Shown one piece after another: positions 51,901 through 64,000 of a stretch of DNA of 64,000 nt. The position numbers and the translations under genes are program-made. Numbering within the stretch: the stretch's first letter is position 1; every line of letters begins with the position of its first letter. The notes beneath the pieces are model-generated. The model saw only the letters and a list, made by a program, of their open reading frames with translations, did no database searches and was not told the DNA's origin. The stretch comes from Chrysomallon squamiferum (taxonomy: Eukaryota; Animalia; Mollusca): assembly GCA_012295275.1 (NCBI GenBank), contig CM022675.1:13206001-13270000 (forward strand), given 5' to 3'.

Positions 51901-51967
51901 TATCTATCTGTCTCTCTATCTGTCTGTCTCTCTATCTATCTGTCTCTATACATATATGCCAAACGTG

Positions 51968-52089
<122 letters not shown>

Positions 52090-52537
52090 TTAGATAAAAT
52101 AACATGCCTACACTTCAATTAGATTTTTCTTGAGCCCCAAGTCTGTAGCAAAGGCCAAATATTGAAAAAAAACAATTAACATTTTTACATTTACAAAATT
52201 GTTTATTCCATCTTTATCTTATTTATCTTATTTATTTATTTATTTGCTTGTCTGCTTGTTTTTTAGTGGTTTTTTCGCTTGTTTGTTATTTTATTTTATT
52301 TTTCATTTCATTTTATTTTTAAATGTAAATAACCTTTTGCCAGTTTCTGTGTGCGTTCGCCTACATAGAACGTCACACTTATTTCAACCTTCTAAATATA
52401 TGTATATATTTTAAAATAATTATCTCTACCTACACAGCTGATTAACAAATTAAAAGATATTGCACAGTAGATGTATTAAACTTGAAATGTCAGAATTAAT
52501 GTTACCATGGTTACATTTGAACCTGTAATAATAATAA

Positions 52538-52568
<31 letters not shown>

Positions 52569-52742
52569 AAAAATGTTGGTGGTGTTGGTGGTGGTAGTAG
52601 TAGTAGATGTAGTTATAGCAGTACATACATACATACATACATACACAGGCATATAAAAATACATATATGCATATCTGTACACGATACATACAGACATTCA
52701 TATATACATGCATATACACACAGAGACAAACACATACTCATA

Positions 52743-52781
<39 letters not shown>

Positions 52782-52941
52782 ACTCACACACTCACATACA
52801 CATACATGCTACATATTATTTATTTCGTTAATTTAAAATACCACAAGCTAAAATTAACGGATGTAGCTGTCCAGTATATGACCTAGTTCATCCATTACCT
52901 CCATAACCACGAGACACTCTATCCATCAAGTACATTTCAGA

Positions 52942-52998
<57 letters not shown>

Positions 52999-53211
52999 TA
53001 ACGAGATTTTTCGACTTTCTTAACACAGTGAACAAGAACCAGATAACGCTATTTATTTTTTCCTAATGACGTCACTCGTTTGTTCCCTTATGACGTCAAG
53101 AATACGATAAACCCAGTTCGTAAATACATACCTATTTTTTTATTTATTTATTTATTTATTTATTTATCATTAAAATTATTATTATTATCATCATCATCAT
53201 CATCATCATCA

Positions 53212-53254
<43 letters not shown>

Positions 53255-54099
53255 CATTATTATTATTAATTTTATGCACTGATGGATAATAATTTTGTTT
53301 CTGAGTCATTTAAAAATTTACCCCTGGAGTCCAGGCTAGCGAGTTCGCTTCGCCTCTGTTGGAGCTATGGGATATTTTCTGATCTAAAGACGGATCATGT
53401 TTGTCTATGGCGATGTTGTTTTATCGATATGGTGGAAATTTATCATCATGGGAACAAGGAGTCTGTTATCACTCAAAGATGTTCATCCCATCTTTACAAA
53501 GCGTGGTTAGAACTGGAAAAATTCCAAACAGCTCCTCAGAGATTATGTTGTCTGGTTATTGTGTTTTAAGAGAAAATGTCATTCAGTGCATATCTGGAAG
53601 GTGGGGTTCGGAGGTGTGTAAAAAATACATGTCTGTCATTTCTTCCTTTCTTTTCGTTTATTTATTTACTTGATTTATTTTTTTTTAATTATTTATTTAT
53701 TTATTTATTTACTTATTTATTTTTATTATTTATTTATTTATATAGTATTTACTTATTTATTTTTGTTATTTATTTATTTATATTATTTATTTATTTATTT
53801 TTATTTTTATTTTATTTATTTGTTTGTTTGTTTTTATTATTTATTTATTTATTCTGTTATTTATTTCTTTTTCCAATTTAAGATATTCTAAGACCATTTG
53901 TCTTCTTAACAACATAACTACACATGCACATATATTCATAAAATATCTTGGATATGTCTTCTTTTCATATCTGTTCATTTTATTTGTTAAAAACCGTGTT
54001 GAGACTTTCTTATCTCCTCCTACTTCACCGTTATCATGTTGTGTAGTGCCTTGTACGATTATTAATCTTCATTGTATCATTAAATAAATACATACATAA

Positions 54100-54560
54100 A
54101 TAAATATAATAATACTTATATCGTTATTTCTGAACAACATAGTAACAGCTGTATTAATAGTAATAGCAATAGTAGTGGTAGTAGAAGTACTATTAACAAT
54201 AATAGCAGCAATAAGTAAATAAATAAATAAATAAATAAATGAATAAACAAACAAATAAATAAATAAATATATAAATAAATAAATAAATATAATAATACTT
54301 ATATGGTTATTTCTGAACAGTGACACATATAGTAACAGCTGTATTAATAATAATAACAGTAGTAGTGGTAGTAGAAGTACTAGTAACAATAATAGCAGCA
54401 ATAAATAAATAAATAAATAAATATAATAATACTTATATGGTTATTTCTGAACAGTGACACAAATAGTAACAGCTGTATTAATAGTAATAGCAATAGTAGT
54501 GGTAGTAGAAGTACTAGTAACAACAATAGCAGCAATAAATAAATAAATAAATATATAAAC
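54100..54560. repeat. Three-copy tandem duplication with (TAAA)n spacers
   Basis: ATACTTATAT(C/G)GTTATTTCTGAACA...AGTAACAGCTGTATTAATA...GTAGAAGTACT occurs three times. Confidence 0.8.
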
Positions 54561-54970
54561 CAAAATAATAATGAAAATGAAATAAATGATAAGTTGCTGT
54601 TAGATATAATAAATATCTTCTACTCAGGTTTCACATTTTTCCAGACCCATTCGCTCTTGTACATTTGTAAAACGTAGGTGGCCAGGTGCATACCCCCCCC
54701 CATACGTACACACCCGTATGTCTCGCGCTGCAGATTACCGGCTGCATGTTGTTATGAATGGAACTGATTCTGCGCGCGCATCTTTGTCGGCTGCCATGGC
54801 TGGCAGATCGATGTTGTCGTGTCTGTTTTGTAGATGCCGTGCAAGGCAAGATAAATATTTGCTGCCATTGATCGCTAACGTACGAGTGGGCCAGGAACTG
54901 GGATGGGGGAGTTGTTTATCTGTTTGTTTGTTTGGATTTTTTTATTATTGTTGTTGTTGTTGATATTGTT

Positions 54971-55012
<42 letters not shown>

Positions 55013-55047
55013 ATTATAATCTTGTTGTTGTTGTTGTTGTTGTTATT

Positions 55048-55079
<32 letters not shown>

Positions 55080-55146
55080 TTTTTTTATTTATTTATTTAT
55101 TTATATTTTTTTTTGATTATTATTATTAATTTTTTTTTTTGTTTCT

Positions 55147-55177
<31 letters not shown>

Positions 55178-55998
55178 TTCATTCATTTTAATTTCAAAAT
55201 AATAATTTATATAGAAAATAATTCATTAAGAAGAGGCCATAGTTGAAAGTCTAGGATACATTGCTGTAATAACAGTAATACTAACAGAAAAAGAAATAGT
55301 AGTACCATTAACACTAATAGTCGCAGCAGTAAATTACTAATAGTAGCCGTAGTAGTAGTAGTAGTACTATTAACACTAATAGTCGCAGCAGTAAATTACT
55401 AATAGTAGCCGTAGTAGTAGTAGTAGTACTATTAACTGTATTAATAGTAATAGTAGATGTGGTAGTAGAAGTAGTAGTAATGGTGGTAGAAGTACTAGTA
55501 ATAGTAGTGGTATTACATAATAACAGCATCAGCTGTAGTGGCAATGGCAGAGGTAGATGTAGTAGTGGTTGTAGTCGTGGTAGTAGTAGTAATAATATTA
55601 TAATAATTAATTGAAAATAAAAATAAATAAAACTCCGTGTGGCCAGAAATTGCTAATTTCCATTTTAATCTACTTCATCCGTTCCAAATGCAGCAGATAT
55701 CAGCAGCAAGACATTATTGAATGTTCTAGTCCAGCGGACTCTACCATCATGATGAGCGCAAACTGCTTGTCACGAGAAATTTAATTTTTCTGTTTTTGGA
55801 CGCTCGCCACATCGTGTACGTCCCTGGTGGATACGAGTGAGAGATCAAAGGAAGTAATTTTCTACAGAGTTTTATAACACTCGTCCCTTCAGCGACTTCG
55901 CTTGGCTAATAAACGGTTCATTTAAAATGCTATTGTTACAACAGATATATATATATGTGTGTGTGTCTGTGTGTGTGTGAGTGTTGTGTGTGTGTCAG

Positions 55999-56029
<31 letters not shown>

Positions 56030-56797
56030 AGTGTGTGTGTGTATGTGTGTATGTGTGTTTGTGTGTGTGTTTGTGTGTTTGTGTTTGTGTGTATGTATGT
56101 GTGTGTGTGTGTGTTTGCGTGTGTGTATGTGAGTGTGTTCGTGTGTGTTTGTGTGTGTTTGTGTATGTGTGTATGTGTTTGTGTGTGTGTTGGTGTTTGT
56201 ATGTGTGTTTATGTATATGTATGTGTGTGTTTGCATGTGTGTGTATGTGAGTGTATATATATATAAAAATAAAAAAGATTCATATATATGTAGACAAATG
56301 TCGGTATATACCTACGTTTATATATATATATATATACATATATATGCATACATACATACATACATACATAGATATACATACATACAGACAGACATGCATA
56401 AATAAAACATATACACACACATGCACACATACACATGCTCAAATACAATACTGTTTTAAAACTTTACAGAATGCCAAATGCAGCGAGGCTGCGCTAAATA
56501 ATACAAACAATCAGTGAAACATTTAAACTGTTTGGTTTCTCAACTCACCACTTTCGAGAGGAAAAGATTTCGTTTCTCCCTGTAAAACAAACTAGTTTAA
56601 ACGATGACAGTTTATTTGTTATGTTTTTAAAAGCGTTTTCAAACTTGTCTCTTAAGATCTAAGTCATCAGTTTAATATAAAAGAAATACATTTCAAATAT
56701 ATATATATGGGTGTGTGTGTGTGTGTGTGTGTGCATAGATATATGTATGTATGATTGCATATATGTATGTATTTATGTATGTATCTATATGTATTTA

Positions 56798-56842
<45 letters not shown>

Positions 56843-57584
56843 AAACAAATGATTTACCGATGTAAAAATAGTAGCGTTCAACTATTTATAGTCATTACAG
56901 GATGTGTAATATCTACTTGTTCTGCCTCTTTATTTTATTTACTATTTGTTTCTTCCTTTCTGGAGTGTAGGTTTTGTTTCTTTCTTTCTTTCTTTTTAGT
57001 ACATAAATATATGCTTCGTTTGTTGGTATAATTAACACTTACAAAACGATGTAATTTTAATGAACCAATGGGAGGCTTCTACTTACTCTGATCTGATTGG
57101 TCAATTCCGGGATCATCCAGGTACGTAATAAATGATTCTGACGATCAAGGCTGCTGACTGCTTTAAATAATGAACGCGATAAACAAAGATCTCTTCTTTG
57201 TGCGCGCACGAGCCTTATTTTTACTTTTTTAATTTTTTTTTCTGGTTTTTTTCAACCGATCAATTGTATAGATAATCGACACATTTAAAACGTCACGGTT
57301 TGACGTTTATAGACTGGTAGCGCGCGGTGAAGCGAAGCGTCAAAAAGGAATTTCAATTTTTTTTTTTTTTTTTTTTTTTTTGGATTTTAATCTTTTTAAA
57401 TGGGTTGACTAAATGTTAATTGTCCCTGCGGAAAGAGTCGGACGTGCTAAAGTGCAAAACTGTTAAAGTCAGGCTCAGCGGATCGAATCCGTGTTGGTTA
57501 ATAAAGTTTGATTTATTTAATTTTTTATTAGAAATTTTGGATAATTTTTTTTTTTATATATATATATATATATTATTGGATGTC

Positions 57585-57835
57585 ACATATTTATTTAATA
57601 ACATCACTCGAACATATTGATTCATTTTCTATTATCAGTTATTCTGCGTCGAAAAAAGTTTTGTTTAATGACATCACTACAACACACTGATTAATTTTCT
57701 GTCATCAGTTATTTTATGTCATGCCTTTATTTAATGATATCACTAGAATTATATTGATTAATTTTCTATCATCAATTTTTATATCAAACATTTATTTAAT
57801 AACATGACTAAAATACATTGATGTTTTCATTATCA
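57585..57835. repeat. Old degenerate tandem repeat, about 65-bp unit
   Basis: TTTAAT(A/G)ACATCACT...TGATT(A/C)ATTTTCT.T(C/T)ATCA recurs about 4 times. Confidence 0.6.
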
Positions 57836-58041
57836 TTGGCTATTCATACTCATAGACAGTCATGCATTAACATAAATATAAATATAAAGATAATCAAACA
57901 TGCTCACTGCTCGTCCACACAGTGTTCTAAGACTGGGGTATGTGCTGTCATGCACGGTGAGATACACATACAATGTGCTCTGCTGCTAATCAAAAAAGTG
58001 TTTCAATATCGTAAGAATGCGGAGAGAGACGGAGAGAGAGA

Positions 58042-58108
<67 letters not shown>

Positions 58109-58366
58109 GAAAGTTAAGGAGAGCAAGAAAAAGTCAGATGGATAGAGACAAAAGAGAGAAAAAAGGAGAGAAATAAAAAGGTAGATGGAGAGAAAAGTTA
58201 CTTTAGTTCTCTTTGTTTTCTTCAATGTCTAATTAACTCATCTTTTCTACTTTTCTTTCTTTCAGGTGCCCGTGTTTGTCTCTTTCTGTCTGTCTCTCTC
58301 TCTTCCTCTCCTCTGTATCTATCTGTCTGTCTATCTATCATTCTTTCTTTTGCTCTTCTCTTTATG

Positions 58367-58450
<84 letters not shown>

Positions 58451-60009
58451 CCTCCCTCCCTCCATCCCTCCCTCTGACTCTCTGACCATGTTTTCCCTAG
58501 CTCCACTGAAACGCAACTCTCAAACAAATATGCACACACTGTCACTCGCTCGTCAAACAAAACCTAATTTTCTTACCAAATCTCGCTCTGATTAATGTCT
58601 TACCACAAACGTCTCTCGTTCTTTTCTCGTTTCCATTTTAAGAGTTTATCTTGCGTGTTTTATCCCAGTGCCCCGACATCCGCTTTGTAGGTTAAAATCA
58701 GAAAACGCTCGACGTTCTGAAAATAGATCAGCTGATGGTTAGATGATGGAAAAAAAAATATAATTTATTAATGGCGGTATATCCGGCTCCTGTAACGAAC
58801 CGGAAGTCGAATGATGTCACTAGTGCTCTGTTGTTGGCATTCTCGGATGTTTGAACAAACAGTTTGTAAGAGATGACAGATATATATATATATATATATA
58901 TATATCCATTTCATTTATTTATTTATTTATTTATTTTAACAGGTATCTATTAATTTATTTATTTATTTATCTTTTTTTTTTAAAGTTCTTCTCTTTCTTT
59001 TTTCCTCATTACAAACATTATCGTCATCATCATCATCATCTTTATAATTATCATCATTAGCATCAGCATCATTGTAAGTATCATTGTCATTGTCATTATC
59101 ATTATTATCACTGTCATCATCCTTGTTTTCATCATTATCATTATTATAATTATTATCGTTATCATCATTGTTATTTTAAAAATCATCATCATTACCGTCA
59201 TCATGATAATTATAATCATCTTCATCGTGTTTCAGATTATAAACATCAGCATCATAAGTTTGATGATTAAAATAAATAAATAAATATTTAAATAAATAAA
59301 TAAATAAATAATGTGTTGCTTATTCATAATTTACAGAAGTGAAACATTTCTCAAGAAGAAAAAACAAATAAACAAGAATATCGCTGATAACCAAACAATT
59401 TTTTTGAAAATCGGCTATTTTCACCTTACTTTTATTTCCATTTATTTATAGTACCAGTATATTAATTTATCATATTTATTTATTTATTTATTTTTTTATT
59501 TATTTTATTATTTTTTTTTTTTATTTTTTTTTTTTTTTTTTTCGTTGTTTTTTTTTTTTTTTATTATTATCATCATTATTATTTCATTTTTCCTTTTTTT
59601 TTTTTTTTTATTATTATTTGTTCTTCTTATTATTATCTCACATTTCCCCCCCTCTCTGTAATAAGTCATTTCTGAAATCAGCTAATACGCGCGAATTATA
59701 TCGGGCGAGAAGAAAACCCCATTAACTTCATGAAGTCGAGTGTTTGCACACGCGCAGTAGTCACAGTTTTCAATTTCCGGTTGCCATCTTCGCGCTTTGC
59801 TTTAAGCGCTTTCATTAAAAGAGACACAGTGATAGTTCTTACATCTCCAACAGAGGGTTTTTTTTTTTTTTTTTTTTTTTTTTTTCTTTATCTTTTTCCA
59901 CATTTTTTTTTCCCTTTAATTTCTACAGCCAAACTGATAATAAAGCTCTTGCTAAGAAGACAAGTAAGAGATTTCTAAAATGGTTTACATCCTACAGAGG
60001 TGATTAAGA

Positions 60010-60182
60010 GTTGTTTGGTAATAGGAAGATACAGTGAGCTTCTGTAATGATTGCTGTTTATATGGTATAAGTGTGTAGGTAAATAACGGTTTGGTAATAG
60101 GAAGATACAGTGAGGTTTTGTAATGGTTGTTGTTGTTTATACCGTATAAGTGTATAGGTAAATAACGGTTTGGTAATAGGAA
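60010..60182. repeat. About 80-bp tandem repeat, about 2.3 copies
   Basis: GTTTGGTAATAGGAA occurs three times and GTATAAGTGT.TAGGTAAATAACGG twice. Confidence 0.75.
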
Positions 60183-60402
60183 AGGGGAGGTGTGGGTGAT
60201 TTGATGTTGTGTGCGCTTGGATGTAAATAACAGTCTGATTACAGAATGGTTGTAGTCTGGTTTATGCAGGCATGAATTGGCCAGGGTGGTTGAATTTGAT
60301 TTCTGTTGTAAAAGCAAAATTTAACCTGTTTATAGAATAGTGTATAAAAATAGTGAATGACAGTTTTGTTATTGAAGGGGGTGTTGTACTCTGTATTATT
60401 AC

Positions 60403-60454
<52 letters not shown>

Positions 60455-60660
60455 GGCATCAGCATTAATTTCATGATTATCATCACCATCATTTTCTTTA
60501 TCATCTTTATTTTTGCTATTCATCATCATCATCGCCAGTCGTCATCATTATCATCATCATCATCGCCACCATTTACTTCATCATCTTCATTGTTACTATT
60601 CATCATTATCATCTTCGTCTTCATCATCATCATCAACATTACTCTTGTGCCTCTTGTAGA

Positions 60661-60706
<46 letters not shown>

Positions 60707-62307
60707 TTAATATTAATAATAAATAAATAAATAAAAATAAAAATAAAAACATCAAATACACAGCCATCGATCTTCGACCTTAGACCCCGCCCACCCCACC
60801 CCCCGCGTTATTGGGTCAACGCTATCAGTAAATCTCCGTTTTTCCTTCTTCGCTTGAATTCCCCATCAAAACAATTACGTCATCGAAGTATCAAACGTCT
60901 TTCAAGGAAGCAAACACTATGAATAATTTAATACTTGCGTGAGAGGGATAGCATGTTTGGCTTTGCGAAAGAAGAAGGAGAAAAAAATAAAATGAAAATT
61001 AAAGCAGACGGCTATAATTCACTTGTTTTATGATATGACATAAACCAGTCGTTTTAAGTAAAGGACGCCAAAACCTTTTTTTTTGAAAATCTGTGTAATT
61101 ACTGAGAACTAGATGGCAAGTCTGATATTTTTAATAAGAAGAAGAAGAAGAAAAAAAGAAGAAAAAGACCAAGAAGAGCAAGAAGGAAGAAGAGGAAGAA
61201 GGAAGAAGGAAGAAGAAGAAGAAGAAGGAAGAAGAAAAAATAATAAGATGTATATTATGAAAATATATTATTACCACTTTATTACTACTACTACTACTGC
61301 TATTGCTGCTGCTACTACTACCACTACTATTGGTACTAGTGTACTATTACTTCTACTATTGTTGCTGCTACTACTACCACTACTATTGGTACTAGTGTTC
61401 TATTACTTCTACTATTGCTGCTACTAGTACTACTACTACTATTGCTACTGTTATTACTACTACTGCTGTTGCTTTTCTAATATAACTATTGGTACTATAA
61501 TTATTAATACTGCTGCTTCTGCTACTAGTACTACTACTATTATTACAGCTGTTACTATTACTGGTGACATTACTACTACTATTACTGTGACTGTTTTTAC
61601 TACACAAGAACTGTAACTACTACTGCTGTTAATGTAGCTGCTACTAGAACTACTGCTACAGTGCTATCACTACTAATATTAATACTGACACTGTTGTTAC
61701 TAATGTCATTAGTACTGTAGTACTATAACTGCTTTTACTTCTTTTATTATTACTATTTTCTGAATATTACTTTAGAAGATACAGTCAATACTCTTAGTAC
61801 AATCAGGCGTCACATTTAATCAGTTTTTAACGAGAAGATCATATGAAAAAATTGCTAGACAAAAAGATCATATGAAAAAATTGCTAGACAAAAAGATCAT
61901 GTCGTTGCACTACTGAATAGAATTATTTGAGATCTAAAATATAAAAATAAAAAACAACAACAACAACAACACAAAATAAAAATACAACAATTTTATGACT
62001 TTCTACTGAATGGCCTACCTCTTAAATTAATGAATTAATATTAGAAAGCTAGACATTCGTGATATTTTGTTTGATGTCAACCAGTTATTGCTATTCTAAC
62101 GTTATCATATTACAACAACAATGCACACACGGTTTAGCTAATATTGATTAAAAGAAAAGAAACCATCTCTGTTACATTGCCATTCCAACAGCATCAACAA
62201 CAACAATATAAAACGTAACTTACCGAGGTTTCACCTAGCTCGATTGTTGTGACGTCATGCATAAATAAATAAGCAGAATGTCATTGGATGACGTCATAGT
62301 TAGTTCA

Positions 62308-62398
<91 letters not shown>

Positions 62399-62836
62399 AT
62401 ATGCAGTTATACATGGATGGATAGTACATACACACGTTGCTATAAGAAACAAATAAACAACCAAACAAACACACATTCACATACACACCAAATAAATAAA
62501 TAAGCAAAAAGAAAGGACATATGAATAGAAGCGAAAGACAAATGCGATTTCATTTTCAAAGTACGCAGTCATATCTCCAGCGTTGCATCTTGGGAATTCT
62601 AATAAAAGTTTTGCCATTTTGTCTAAATTCGCAATGAGCGTGTAGGGAAAGCATTAGAGGCGTATAAATTTGTCTTAAGTTAACACGAAATGAAGTTTGT
62701 GTTTGTACAGAGCGATTTGGTCTGTTAATTTATGTGAGAAATTACCTAGGAAACGCAGAACGAAACACAAAATAGAATGAAAAAAAGAAGTAGAAAATAG
62801 AGAAACAAAATGACAAAGAAAGTAAAGAATTTAAAA

Positions 62837-62904
<68 letters not shown>

Positions 62905-63293
62905 AAACAAACAAACAAACAAACAAACATACAAACAAACAATATAAATAAATAAGTAAAAAAAAAATAAATCATTTCACCGTAGACCATGTTTTATTAT
63001 AACGAAAACACATCAGCCGGAAATGCAAACCTTGAGTGGAAGTTCCGCCATTAAAGACGAAGCACTTGAGAATTATTCTCTTTTAAAACGACTCTGTACT
63101 TGACCAGTATTGGGCTGTAAATCGGTCAAACAAAGTCTCAACCCAGTGGTAAATAATTAACACACGAGAATTACGTTTCTGGCTGGTCACGCCATCTGGT
63201 GATCAATAAGTCAGCTGTAATTACAGACTCTAAAACGGACTAGAATTTTCCTCTAAAATGGCGTGTTTGTTTAATATCTTTCCATTTGGATTT

Positions 63294-63369
<76 letters not shown>

Positions 63370-64000
63370 TATGTATCTATTTATTTCTTCCAAAACGAGT
63401 CATCATAAGCGAGTTTGTATGTAAATGATTCCCTACGCGTTATGACGTCACAGATTGACAGACAGGTTTGTCTGAAATCTAAAACTGGGATAAAATTTCG
63501 TTTTACTTAATTACTTAATGTGACAGTGGGGATGTTGTTATTGTCGATGATGATGTTGCCGTTTCTATTTCTGTCATGGTTCTTGCATATTATCTCGACA
63601 TTTGCAGATTTTTTATCTCTATCTATCTACATGTATATAATCATCATCATCATCATCTTTTAATTATCACCAATATCGTCATCGTTATTATCATTATATG
63701 ATCATTCTAAAAACAACAGCAACTATGTTAATAAATATACTGACAATAACAAAACGAAAACAACAACTATAATAATAATGATGATGATGATGATGATGAT
63801 ATACATGTAGTAGTAATAACTGTAGTAGTAGTAGTTGTTGTTGTTGTTATTGTTGTACAAGCAGTAATTATTACAATAGTAATAATAATAAAGACTGTAA
63901 CCAGAACAGTAATTACTATAATGATGTTCATTAAAATATGTAATAAAATAAAAACAACGCATGCAATATTATAACACTAACGACGATAACCAAAATGATA

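Noticed and set aside
53282-53673. Non-repetitive ORFs of 90-95 aa
   Set aside because: No recognisable protein, no convincing splice sites, and the overlapping frames are equally unremarkable
56630-56675. CTGATGA...GAAA on the minus strand as a hammerhead ribozyme
   Set aside because: Stem II does not abut GAAA, and no stems I or III are present

Overview
AT-rich, microsatellite-saturated eukaryotic DNA, most likely from a lophotrochozoan/mollusc (inferred from gene families and repeat style). I reconstructed four protein-coding genes by hand, checking splice phase at every junction. (1) A plus-strand FMRFamide-receptor-like class A GPCR with a single coding exon (9926-11056). (2) A 15-coding-exon NRF-6-like acyltransferase on the minus strand (16945-25922), which needs one GC-AG intron and has a 1-nt frameshift. 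(3) SDHAF3/ACN9 on the minus strand (28857-31212), also with a 1-nt frameshift. (4) A SKAP2-like adaptor on the minus strand (34335-44639) with dimerisation and PH domains but apparently no SH3. Two TA-flanked MITEs and a tRNA-derived SINE sit in the SKAP-like introns. I found no coding exons from about 45 kb to 64 kb. That stretch has several unique CpG-containing islands and two degenerate motif arrays flanking a promoter-like element near 49.9 kb. Almost all other listed ORFs are microsatellite artefacts. I did not find a clear-cut novel system; the best leads are listed as findings.
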